A DNA stretch of 64,000 nt from the human T2T-CHM13v2.0 reference genome, Homo sapiens. The translations under genes and the position numbers were made by a program. Shown here in pieces: positions 12,386-24,997 of this stretch (its first letter is position 1; every line of letters begins with the position of its first letter). Under the pieces are notes generated by a model, which was given only the letters and a program-made list of their open reading frames with translations, had not been told where the DNA came from and made no database searches. The stretch lies in assembly GCF_009914755.1 (NCBI RefSeq), contig NC_060925.1. One strand, given 5' to 3'.

Positions 12386-15300
12386 TGAGTCCTTTCTGGT
12401 TTGATATGCGCATGAACATTTGTTGATTCTCTTCCCCTCAATGGTCTGTCTTGAATTTTCCTTTCTCTGAACACCTGGGAGGTTACCTTTGATAAAGTTC
12501 AAAAGCCAGAATTATTGACAGTTTCGCCTGGCTAAAGTCAGGTAATAAGAAATTTAAGAGGACTTTTTAAAAACAGCAGTACCATTAAAAGTCAGCTTAA
12601 TTAAAAGCAGATATTTAAGTTCTAACAGCCTGGGACTCCTTGGGAAAAAAAGGAGCACCACAGACCCCATTTTGAGAAAAAACATCTGTTTTCCTCATGA
12701 AATCCCAGGAATTGGAAATGGATAGATCCCTCTCAAAATCTAAGGCTGTCTTGTGTTTCGCATTGCGTTATCTGATGTTTTTTACTTTTGGGGGTATCAG
12801 AAATCACTTTACATTAGGAAAGAGCTTTGGTATGCAATAACTAGGTAGGAAATACACTTTTGAGAATGGCTAATGGCAGTTATGGAATACTTGGCTCTTT
12901 GCACATTTGGATCAGAGAAGCATGCTCTTGGTCACTTAGAAGTTATGGAAATGCCCCCACTCCCCACTGAGAGGTAAGACTCCCATGGGAGATGGGCTAA
13001 TTCCCTCTTTTTGGGATCCAGAATCTGCTATTAAAATGGAACCCTTAATTCCTGAAGATCTAGTTTGCCTTCCAGCTGTGCCTGCTTATTAGGCTTTAGA
13101 AATTTCACGCATTCTTGGCTCTGTTCCTCTAAGGCTCCACCCTGAAGCCAGTAATCCAGTTAAGAAACCGAAAAATGAAAAATCTTACTGGATCTTTTTC
13201 TGTCTGTGTATTTATATGTGCTGCATATGTGATATAAAAGAGCTTTGATTAATCGGTTTAAAAATAATAAGTGTCTAAATCAAATATTTTGTCAGAAAAG
13301 TAAAAAGTGTAATCACTTTTAGTTCATGTGACTTTAGGAATGTTTGGGAAATAAAAACAGCTTTAAAAATTATTGATAAAATAAAGACATTTGGTCTAAA
13401 TTAGGCAGGTCACATATTAAGTTTACTAAATGCTTTAAGGTCAGAAACTGCTTCTTTGACTTTTGAAAATTGTTCAATTTACCTACTTTGGAGACTTTAG
13501 ATTCTAGATAAGGCCTGGGGACATGTGGAATTAGCCATATTCCCAACTATGCAAAGAGGTTGTTTCTAAAAAAGAAATTTTATATAGGAAAGGAAAGAAA
13601 AGAGACAGATGGTTTGGAGATCTAAGTCTTCCCTCTATTAATGAGTAAAGGTTTTTCCCCTTTAAATATTTTTGAGTTATTATTTTGGCCTAATGAATGA
13701 CTTATGATGACCTGGAATTATATTTTGTGATATCCAGTGTTTTAAACCTTTAATATTTGACAAGCTTTCCAAAATAAAATTACAAAGTATGTCTTCTTCT
13801 GACCTAATTAATCTCTTAGCTATTAGGTGGCCTAAAGTCCAAAATGGCATATTCAGGTTATTTGGTATAAATATCATACAGGAAGCAAAGAAAAATATGA
13901 AATGGTCTTTGCTTTCTTTGGACTGTATTTGTATAAATATGTTATTGGTTTGTGTTCCAAAATTATGGGAAAGTCCTGTAATTCTGATATGACTTAGTGT
14001 ACATTATCAGTAATAGTTATAATTGTCAGTAAAATCATTGTATGTCACAGAACTAACCAAAATTTCTTTATCAATTGTGGCTTTAATATATGTTGTTCTA
14101 AAACTTTTTGTCATCCATAGAAAATTGTTGACCTGTTTTAATCCTCTTTAAAAAGTAAGTTTAGAGTCAGCTATAGGATTTTGACAGGTGCTCTTGAATG
14201 CACGTTTCTAATAACTTTGAAGATTGTGACATTAGAAGAGAGGATAAAACTTTCAGTACTGATGGAGAGCTGAAATGTTCATGAATATCAAGCTGAACAA
14301 GAGTTAACTGCATGGGCTGAATAATAGATAGCTGAAGTAATCTTTTAAAACTTTTTGCTTAAAATGTTGCTGATCCTTTGTTTTGCTATCAGAGCCAAGG
14401 CAACTTTTCTTTTAAGCTATTTACAGCTTTTTAACAATTGAGTAAATTTTACTCCTGTAAACAAAATTTGGGGCATATTTGATTCTACCTAATTTCTTCA
14501 GAATTTAGAAACTATTTGTGAGTATTCTTAACTTATGACAATAGATATTTGCATAAGTGCAATAAGCATCTGTTTTATTTTGTAACAGGACACAATTGGA
14601 AAAATTTGTTATTTTACCAAGACTTTCACTGGAATGGTGTGCTTTCCTTTAAGGAATCAATCTTGACTTATAAAGCCAATAAAAACCCCTTGGGAAAACT
14701 GGTCACATTCTTTGTTTACACATGCCCTGTACAGGGTTCCTGACCTGTGATAAGTAAAGAATGTCACTTTCTGATAGACTCAGGGGCCCGAAGATATCTT
14801 AGGACCTCAAGAGTAAAGGAATTAACCCAACTCATAGGTATTTGATTGTACAAACCCAGGGCTGGGCTCAGCTTTAAAAAGGTCTTATCTGAGATTCCTT
14901 TTTATGGAACAAAGTTCCATCAAAGCCAATTTTAAAATCCTATGTGAAAAATAGTTATTTTTTAGCATTTTATACAAGTAATCAGGCCAAGTATAAGACT
15001 AAAGCTCATTTTTGCGCACAAATCGATTCTATTATAATTTGTCTTTAGTAAAAATGAGAGACTGAAAAGAAAAAGAATTGCTTCAAAAACTATGGTACAC
15101 CTGTTATTAGATTCTAGTCTCATTAGTTGTGTTTAAGGTTTTTTTTCTGTAATTTAGACAGACTCTGCTTATTTCTGTGTACCACCAAGTGATCTCTGAC
15201 TACTATTCAAAAAAAACCAAAATGAATGGGCAATGTCAAAATCTGGATCAATATTCTAATTCTGGGCACATACTGGGATTTACTAGCAACCACATATTAG

Positions 15301-15682
15301 CTTGGTTCTAACAATTGCCCAGTTCATGGAAAGTCTTCTAATTTAGTTTAGTTGTGATAATTTTATTTATTTTGCTTTACTGCTGCGGAATGTATTGCTG
15401 TTATACTCTTTGTGTAGGATAAGCTTACCGAATGTTTTCTTAAATTAAATACTTATTAATCTTCCAGGTATCAACTTTTGTCAGAACTCAAGTATTCTGA
15501 ATGGACCTTGACATACCAGCATTTTCTGATTGAGTTCCTCTCTATCCCAAAGACAAGAGACCCTAATTGTTAGGCAGGAATATCATCACCCCTATTCAGC
15601 TTGAAGAAGTTAGAGAAGATGGATCTTCATCCCTCTACAACTCTTAAGATTAAGAGCTTTCTTTTAAAAAGGAGGGGGTAAT

Positions 15683-16195
15683 TGTCAGGGGCTTTTGAAC
15701 CAGAGCAACTCCATCTTGAATAGGGGCTCCGTAAAATAAGGCTGAGGCCTACTGGGCTGCATTCTCAAGAGGGTAAGTCATCCTAAGTCACAGGATGAGA
15801 TAGGAGGTTGGCTCAAGACACAGGTCATAAAGACCTTGCTGATAAAACAGATTGCAGTAAAGAAGCCAGCTAAAACCCACGAAAACCAATACGGCAATAA
15901 GAGTGACCTCTGGTTGTCCTCACTGATACTCTCCCATCAGTACCATGACAGTTTACAAATGCCATGTCAACATCAGGAAGTTACCGTATATGGCCTAAAA
16001 CAGGGAGGGATCCTCAATTCTGGGAATTGCCCACCCCTTTCAGGGAAAACTAACAAACAACCCACCCCTTATTCAGCATATAATCAAGAAAAAACCATAA
16101 AAATGGGCAACCAGCAGTCCTTGGGGCTGCTCTGCCTATGGAGTAGCCATTTTTTATTCCTTTACTGTCTTAATATACTTGCTTTTAATTTTTTT
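15683..16195 (+). mobile_element. MER41B-like U3-R (3' LTR lacking U5)
   Basis: Begins with the MER41 start tgtcagggg...gaaccagagcaactccatcttgaatagg. TATA-like cataaaaa at 16096-16103. The R region repeats 10285-10350. Confidence 0.88.
16018..16047 (+). promoter_or_regulatory. Tandem GAS (STAT1) motifs in the MER41 U3
   Basis: TTCTGGGAA (16018-16026) and TTCAGGGAA (16039-16047) both fit TTCN3GAA. Confidence 0.7.
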
Positions 16196-16230
16196 AAAAA
16201 AGATTTTTAGACATCAGTAACAAAGGATAA

Positions 16231-16620
16231 TGTATTAGTCTATTCTTGCTTTGCTATAAAGAAATACCTGAGGCTGGGTAATTTAGAAAGAAAAGAGGGT
16301 TAGTTGACTCATAGTTCTGCATGCTTTACAGGAAGGATAGTGCTAATATCTGTTTGGCTTCTGGAGAGGCCTCAGGAAGCCCACAATAATGGCAGAAGGT
16401 GAAGGAGAAGCAGGTACATCACATGTGGAAAGCAGGAGCAAAGTGGGAGGAGGTGCCACACACTTTAAAATAACCAGATCTTGTGATAACTCATTCACTA
16501 TCACAATAAATCATTCATGAAAAATCCACCTCCAGAATCCAATCATCTCCCACCAGGTATCACCTCCACCCTGGGGATTACAACTGAACATGCATGGGGA
16601 CACAGATCCAAACCATGTCA
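16231..16620 (-). mobile_element. MSTA-like MaLR LTR (3' LTR)
   Basis: Minus strand runs tgacatggtttggatctgtgtcccc...gactaataca, preceded by the purine tract gggaggggccagaggcagaa. Confidence 0.9.
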
Positions 16621-17395
16621 TTCTGCCTCTGGCCCCTCCCAAATTTCATGTCCTTTTCATGTTGCAAAATACAATTATCCCTTCCCAACAGTCTCCCAAA
16701 GTCTTAACTCATTCCAGCATTAACTCCAAAGTCCAAAGTCTCATCTGAGACAAGGCAATTCCCTTCTACCTATGAGCCTGTAAAATCAAAACCCAGTTAT
16801 TTACCTCCAAAGTATAATTCAGATACAAGCATTGAGTAAATATTTCCATTCCAAACGGGATAAATCAGCCAAACAAAAGAGGCTACAGCCCCCATGCAAG
16901 TCTGAAACCCAAAAGGGCAGTCATCAAATTTTAGTGCTCCAAAATAATCTCCTTTGACTCCACGTCTCATATCCAGGGCACATTGGTGGGAGGAGTGAGC
17001 TCCCAAGGCCTTGGGAAGCTCTACCCCTCTGACTTTGCAGGGCTTAGCTCCAGTGGCTGCTCTCATATGCTGGCACTGAGTGCCTGCAGTTTTTCCTTGC
17101 TGAGGGTGAAAGCTGCCAGTGGCTACCATTCTGGGTTCTGGAGTATGGTGGCCCTCTTCTCACAGTTCCACAAGGCAATGTCCTAGAGGGGACTCAGTGG
17201 AGACTGCAACACCACATTTCCCCTTTTCGCTGCCCTAATAGAGGTTCTAGGGCCATGAGGGTTATGCCCCTGCAGCAGGCCACTGCCTGGACACCCAGGC
17301 TTTTCTGTACATCCTCTGAAATCTAGGCAGAGGCTCCCAAGCTTCAATTCTTGCATTCCACACACCCACAGGCTTAATGCTGCATGGAAGCTGCC
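16621..17395 (-). mobile_element. MST/THE1-type MaLR internal region, partial (5' part and 5' LTR missing)
   Basis: Characteristic MaLR-int sequence (ccaaagtcttaactcattccagcattaactc; ctccaaaataatctcctttgactcc). Confidence 0.88.
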
Positions 17396-17399
17396 CATC

Positions 17400-18960
17400 G
17401 ATTCATTTACTTGGAAAATATGTATTGAGTAGCTACCATGTGATAGGCAATCTTCTGGATCCTGGGGTATATCAGTGAGTAATGCAAATAAAAAAAATCT
17501 TGCTTTCTCTTTTATATTATAGAGGGAAAAACAGATATATTCAACAAAAATAAGTCAATTCTATAATACATTAAAGATGCTAAGTGCTATGGAAAAGAAT
17601 AGAGCAACATAATGAGACCCAAAGTGGGGAGGTGGTGTTTGCAGATGTAAACGGGGTGATAAGAAAGATGTATTTAAGAAACTGGTATTGAGCAGACCTA
17701 ATCAGGTAAGGGAGTCAGCCTGATGGATATCAGGAGGTGAAAAGTTCCAGGTTGAAAGAACAGCGAATGGTATCAAGGCAGAAGTGCACCTCCCATAGTC
17801 AAAAATCGGCAAAGAGGCCAATTTGTGTAAAACAAGGAGAACAAAATAAACAAATGTAAGAAATAAAGCCAGAGAAGTAACTGCTGTTAGCTCAGTTAGG
17901 TCTTGTAGGTTATAGTAAGAATGGTGGTTTTCACTCTGGTAAAATGGAGAAACAATAGAGCATTTTGAGCAGAGAAGTAATATGCTTGACTGATATTTAA
18001 CAGAACAATTATGGCTGCTGTGTTGAGAATAAAGCGGAGTGCCAGGGTGGAAGTAGTTAAAAGACAATGCAGTAATCCCGGCAAAGCAGCAACCATGAAT
18101 TGGACTGGGATGATTCTAGTGGAAGTGCTAAGAAGGATTCAAAATCTGGATATATTTTGATTCTAACACCAACAAGATTTTGCAAAACAAAAAAAAAAAT
18201 GTTGAACATGAGATAAAGAGAATTGACAAGGATGACTCCAAATCTTTTTCTCTGTCTTAGTGGAAAAATGAAATTGCCTTCACTTGTGATGAGGAAGACC
18301 ATGGAAGAAGTAGTATATGGATCAAAGTGAGAGAGCTTAAGAAAACCAGTTCCATTTTGAAAAAAAGTAAGTTTAATTTTGAAATGTAAATTAAACATTC
18401 AAATGGAGACTTTGGGTAGTTTGATACATGTAACAGAGTCGTCTGGAGTTCAGGAAAGAGGCTGGGGTGGGGAGATTTATATTTGGAGGTCAAGTCACTT
18501 AGATGACATTTAAAGCTATAAGACTGGAGGTGATCTTTAAGGGAGTGAGTGTCTGTAGACACGGGAGCAGAGCTAAGTCTTAAGGCTTGGGGTACCAATA
18601 CTAAGAGGTCAAGTAGATGAAGAGGAACCAGTAAATCAAACTGAGACGCAGCAACTAGAAACTCAGAGAGATGATGGAGTGTTAGATGCCAAGTGAAGAA
18701 CGTATACCAAGGAGGAAGGAGCGATCAACTCCATTAAATGATGTTAATAGGTCAAAAAGATAAAGACTTGAAATTAACTATTAGATTTATAATGTGAAGG
18801 TGAGTAGAGATTTGACAAGTGTAGCTTAAGTGCAGTGGTGAGCTAAAGTCTGACTGTAGATGGTGGAATTTGAAAAGAGGAATTAAAGGCTCCTATGGTT
18901 GAATATACTTTGGTGAAGTTTTGCTAAAAGGAGAGCAAATAAATAAGACAATGGCTAGTA
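17400..18960 (-). mobile_element. L2 LINE 3' portion
   Basis: Begins with the reversed L2 tail (attcatttac...tattgagtagctaccatgtg) followed by typical purine-rich L2 antisense sequence. Confidence 0.8.
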
Positions 18961-21271
18961 GAAGAAATGGGGGAGGGTCAAGAATAATTTTTCATGGAAA
19001 AATAACAACATGCCTTTATTCCCTTGAAAATGTTCCATTAATACAAGAAAATTTTACAATACAGCAGTAAATTGGGGAAAAATGAGGCAAGATATTCTTG
19101 GTCAGATCTATTAATAGGTGGTATGCCAGTGGTGGATAAATATAGCAGTGGAAATCTATAGAAGCTCTTTTATTCTTTTTGTTAATTTTTATGGTAAAGT
19201 TGGAGGTAATATAATCACTGAGGATCAGGATAATGAGAAAGGAAAATGTATAAATAGTTGGCATAAGACAGGAAAGTGAATGAATGAGGGAAATATGGAA
19301 TGATCACAGGGCAGCATCAGGAAACATAGGAAGTTCATGGTCATGAGTTTAAGGTGGGAAGAGTCGTCCTCTTTGGGTATATTTAACCTATGCTGTGGTA
19401 GTGCCAAGATCATAGTAGAAGTGAAGAAAAAACGGCAGGGAAGTCCAGTTCCATGAAAAGAAGTGGTTATAATAACTGGCCATGAAACTTAAGTTGAGTA
19501 AGGAGGGAACAGACCACATCAAAAAGTGAGAGATAGTGGAAAGTCGTTAAATCATTTGAAGATCCCGGGAGGGATGAGGAATTTTTGGACTCAGGGTATA
19601 AGGGGTATACACTAATCAATATGATTATGTATCTGACAGAAAAAGAAACACAAGAGATGCATGTGCTATACAAACTGAACAAACAGAGCCGCTGGGGGCA
19701 CCGAGATTAAACGATGCCACATGATCATTAGTGAAACAAGATCCAATGGCTAGATTTATAAAAAAACATGTTTCAGTTTTAAATATTAGCAGTAAACAGA
19801 TTTCAGGCAAACCAAAGAAACAGATATAAAAGTTAAGAGTCAGGGATAAATTAGGGCCCACAAAAGCTGAAAATCCCCATGAAAAATTAGAGGAGGTAAT
19901 TAAAACGTCGATGCCTGAATTCTACCAAAATAATCTTTGGGGCCAAGTAATATGCACCTTTTTTGTTCAGAGTCAGTGACCAGCCATAGCTGAAACAATC
20001 TAGAGGGTTGGAGAGTTAAGTATAGACAGAGTTGTGCCAAAGAAAAAAAGGGGTATAAATTAGATGTTGTTATAATAGTTCAACATCTGCTTTAAATGTA
20101 AAAAGTTGTAAGGGACCATCACTTTGCTGTCAATCTAACAACCAAAACAAGCCAGATAAGCCCTAAAGTCATTATTTTTTAACCAATCAAAATGTAGAGC
20201 GCACAGAAAAAACTAAATGAATTAAATTCTAGAAAGTAATAAGCCTTTTGTAGGAAACACAAACATTTACTGGACATGTAACTCATTGGACGAGACCCAG
20301 GGCTACTCCCATACTTAGCTCAGAGGTAAGAAATAGAGGATTCAGGCATAGAAGGAGTAAGAAAGAAGCAGCCATACAGAGGCCAGAATGACATATTAGA
20401 ATTCTAAGGAGGCCCCACCAGACATGTGTCTAACTATTTTCAATTCTATCCACAGATATCTGAAACCAGTAGTGAGCTAAATAATATTAAAACTGTAGTA
20501 AAGCCCACGTACAGATCAACTTCAAGTCAGTTTGGTATTTTTTCTTTCCTACTGCCCACCCCCATTCAAAAGGTCTCATAGAACCAGCAGTGCTCTTCTT
20601 TGTAAAGGGAAAAACGCCAAAAAATATGATTTACTTCCACCTCTTTCATTCTTTTACGCAAAGTGTTTATCATACAATAAAAATATTTAAGACACATGAG
20701 AAATCAACACAATGTGGCCCTTTGTAAAGAGAGGAAAGAGTCAATAGAAGGAGATGCAGACATGGCCCAGATGTTGGAATTATCAAATAGGGATTTGAAA
20801 ATACCTATAATATAAATGCTAAAAGATCTAGGGGTGATAGTGAATAATACATGCAAATAGATGGGTGAATTTGAGCCAATAGATGAAGTCTACAAAACGG
20901 CCAAATGAAAATACTTGAAATGAAAAGTATAATTTAGAAATCAACAGTTTGCTAGATGGGCTTAGCATCAGCCTAGACACAAAAGAGAAATTGACCAGTG
21001 AAATAAAGACAAGTCAAATAGAAAGTATCCAAACTGAAACACAAAAAAGAGTGGGGAAAATGAAAACAAAGGAACAAACAAAACTGTACCCAATATCTAT
21101 GGGACAATATCTAGTGCTCTAACATCAATCTAACTAGAGTCTTATTACAGAAGAAAGAAAAGGAAGCAAAAAAAGGAAAAAAAGAAAGAAAAGTTTGAAG
21201 ATACAACTATCAGAACTTCCAAATGTAATGAAAACACCAACGTACATATCCAAGAATTTAAGCAAACCTCA

Positions 21272-21863
<592 letters not shown>

Positions 21864-22309
21864 CTATATCAAATGAAAATATCCTGCAAAAGTAAAGACA
21901 TTTTTACACAAGCTGAGAGAATTTGCTTCAGCAGGCTGAGCTACAAGCAATGAAAAGGGAGGTTCTTCGGATTAAGAAGAAATAGCATCAGGTGGAAGTG
22001 AGGATGAACAGGAAACATTGAAGAACACTAGAAAGGACAGATCTTTAAAAAGAGAGAGAAATTATTTTGTGGGGTTTACATAGACAAAACACAGAATTTT
22101 AAAATATCTGCTACATAATGAATCTAAACTGGACTTTTTTTCTCCCTCACCCTAAGTAAATTTTGATTTTCAGCCAAAAAAAATTAAATATGGTCATGGC
22201 CATTATGTTAAAATTTTAAGTATCACAGTCAATAAACTTAATAACTAAATTAACAATAATATTTATGATAGCGAAATTTTATTGAATACCTAACATGAAT
22301 CAAACATGT

Positions 22310-22490
22310 GTTATTTATAAGCTCTCTGATCACCCTGAAAAGTATGTGTATAAAACACATTTTATAAATGAGAAAACATATTAGGAAATTGGATTGAGAA
22401 GTTATATTCTTTGCCAAAGTCACTTGGCTGTTAAGAAGCAGAACTAGCATTCAAACCCAAATCTGTCTGATTCTAAATCTCATGCTTTGC
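22310..22490 (-). mobile_element. MIR fragment
   Basis: ttgccaaagtcac...attcaaacccaaatctgtctgattc. Confidence 0.65.
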
Positions 22491-22739
22491 TTCTCAGGCA
22501 CAAATTATTATAGTAATAATAATTGTATGTACAATGAGTTAAATGTCCAATGAACGCTTGTGTTTCCTGAATCCATGTGACAAGTACAGAATTTAAATGA
22601 CTAACATTTTCAAGACCACCCTCTGTACTATACAAATTAGGTGTCTCTGGCTGAACTTGTTACATTCATAGAATAAATCTATTCTGAAAATGCTTCCATT
22701 TATTATTTTGTCCAAAATTGGAAAATATTTTTAATTCTT

Positions 22740-23520
22740 ATTATAAAATTATAGTTTACTGAAAAAAATTGCACAAAAAGAAATTTAAAAAGCAATTATT
22801 TGCAATCCCACTCATAGAGATTAACATTACTAACATTCTGAAGAACATTTTGGCATATTTCCTTCCAGAACTTTAATATGTATATGTATGTTTATAACAT
22901 ATACATTAAATTTATAGAATTTTGTACTATACAATCTTGTTTGTTTCATGTAATAACACATCATGAACCCATTGCCATGTACATAGAAAGAGACATATTT
23001 CATTCCTCTTGATGGTGTATACTATTCCACAGTAGGCATGAATTATAATTTATTAAATCAATTCCTTTTTGAAGTTTTTAACTGATTCCAGTTATTTGTT
23101 ACTTTAAATCATTCTACAATGAACATTTTGAGTATGTATTTAAGTCTTTGTCTAATTATATTCTCGAGATAGTGTCCTGGAAGTAGAAATCTTGGATTAA
23201 GTAGTTTTCGCATTTTTACTTTTGATAGTTTGCCAGGTTACCCCAAACTATTTCCAACACCGGTATAATCGCTTTTCTAGTCCTTGCCAAACTATCAAGT
23301 ACAAAATGATAATCGTTGTTTGAATTTTAAATTCCCAGTTTAATAGTCAGATGTTTCAATATTTTCCTTTAGTGTTTCTGGACATGGTATCGTGCTAATA
23401 AAGGTCCTTAATATGCTAGAATTATAGAAACACTTGCCTTCATTTTCCTCTACTACCTTATGATTGCATATTTTGCATTCAAATTTTAATTAATCAGCAG
23501 TTTTTACTTAGTATGGTTGA
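22740..23520 (-). mobile_element. Ancient L1ME-like 3' remnant
   Basis: Degenerate antisense L1 3' motifs (ataatttattaaatcaattcc, ctacaatgaacatttt, gaagtagaaat). Confidence 0.5.
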
Positions 23521-24886
23521 GAGAGCTACATTAACATCATTTTAAATATACAACATAACTTGTCTGATAATATTGCTAGATACCTTGTCTGCAATGTTCT
23601 GAAACTAAGTAAACTCCTATCTATATACTATATTCCTATACTCTTCTTCCATTCCAATCTCTTAGTCAATTTCAATACTTTCTAAGCTTTTTTTAAATCT
23701 AATTCCCAAAAATAATTCTCTCTGAAAAAAATTAGCATGATTTCAGCTGAACTAAAATGGAGTTTGTGTATCTAGCAGAGGTTAGAAATGTGAACCCATG
23801 GGAAACTGGTAGAAATTAGAAGTAGCATTCCAACTTTAGAATCAAGTACAAGCATATGGGCTAAGACACACAACGTTGAAAACACAGAAAGGAAGGCAAG
23901 TAGGAGTTAGCTTTAGACGATGATCCTTTTCTTCCCTGCATATTCACTTTAACAGACACTCAACAAATATTTATTGATTCCTTAATGACCAATGATCTTC
24001 TTAAGAAAGTGCTATGCACATTTGAATGTATAATGTAGAAATTCTCACCTTTAATCGGCAACTAGAACTCTGTTGATAAACGAGTTCAGAAATAACTGGG
24101 AAAAGTTTTGATTCATGTAGTTCTGTAATTTTAAATCCAAAATTTGGAGAGCTAGTATGGTTTATTACCACGATGACATTGCTGACTCCTCATAACTACA
24201 TATCTGCTAACACAAGTGCTCCAGGTTATATACCCAATTGGAAGCACTAAAATAAATCTACAACTAAAAGAAAATGTTCTAAAAAGGAGCCATCACACTT
24301 TGGTTGATATAGATGGTCTAAGGTGTTTCTATTTGTATACATAAAATTCAGCCTGATCAAATCAGATTATACCATTAATAAGGATAAATGAGGGTTCAGT
24401 AAAAAGCATGCATTTGGTCCATTGATTACTTTTCCAGGGAAAGCAAAGACAAGTCCTGCAGTAACAGAAAGTGTCACTGGCAACACATTTTTCTAGAGAG
24501 TTATGCTAGAGATAAGACTCAAAGAAAAAGCTCTGTAGTAGCCAACACTCATATGGAAGGTTGTTACTTTCTGGGTGCAGAAACAGAGAACCAAGTCAAA
24601 CCTAATCAGAGAAAGACAGAAAAGATCCATCTTGATCTGCTATAGGCCTTCATTTGATGTGCTTGTGTTTGAGGCAGTGTCTGTTCCAAAGCAGAGACAG
24701 CCGGCCTGGCACTGCATGAGAGCACCTTTAATTCAGCTCAGTAATCGCTTGCACAATTACCTCTTTTGAAAGAAACCATCTTGGATATGGACAAAAGTAT
24801 GGAGGACAGTGACTTAATTTTTTGATTAAAAAAAGGAGCAAGTAAGAGAAAGAAAATGATTTATAATAAGTCCATAGGAACATTCT

Positions 24887-24997
24887 GTACCTATCTCTTT
24901 TCTGATTAGAGAGGTGGCATGGAGCCTGGCTCATTAGGCAGAAGTAATGAGCCAGTCTATACGCCATCTCTAATTAGAGAAAAGATACAGTAGGTAC
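24887..24997. repeat. Imperfect inverted repeat (hairpin) with ~50-bp arms and an 8-nt loop
   Basis: ctggctcatta (24926-24936) pairs perfectly with taatgagccag (24945-24955). Pairing extends outward to gtaccta/taggtac. Confidence 0.9.

Larger units (their letters stand above)
10285..16199 (+). mobile_element. MER41-family ERV1 element (MER41B-like LTR parts plus non-coding internal region) with mRNA-like R-U5...U3-R-(A)n structure
   Basis: R/U5 at 10285-10392 and 10863-10899 (ends ...ggtaaca). PBS-like TGG at 10906, PPT aaaaaggaggggg at 15666-15678, U3 starting tgtcagg at 15683. Ends shortly after the poly(A)-signal position. 15-bp TSD aagatttttagacat at 10270-10284 and 16200-16214. Confidence 0.9.

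Noticed and set aside
10926-15665. gag/pol/env genes in the ERV internal region
   Set aside because: Only short ORFs (<90 aa) with no retroviral protein motifs, consistent with a non-autonomous non-coding internal region.
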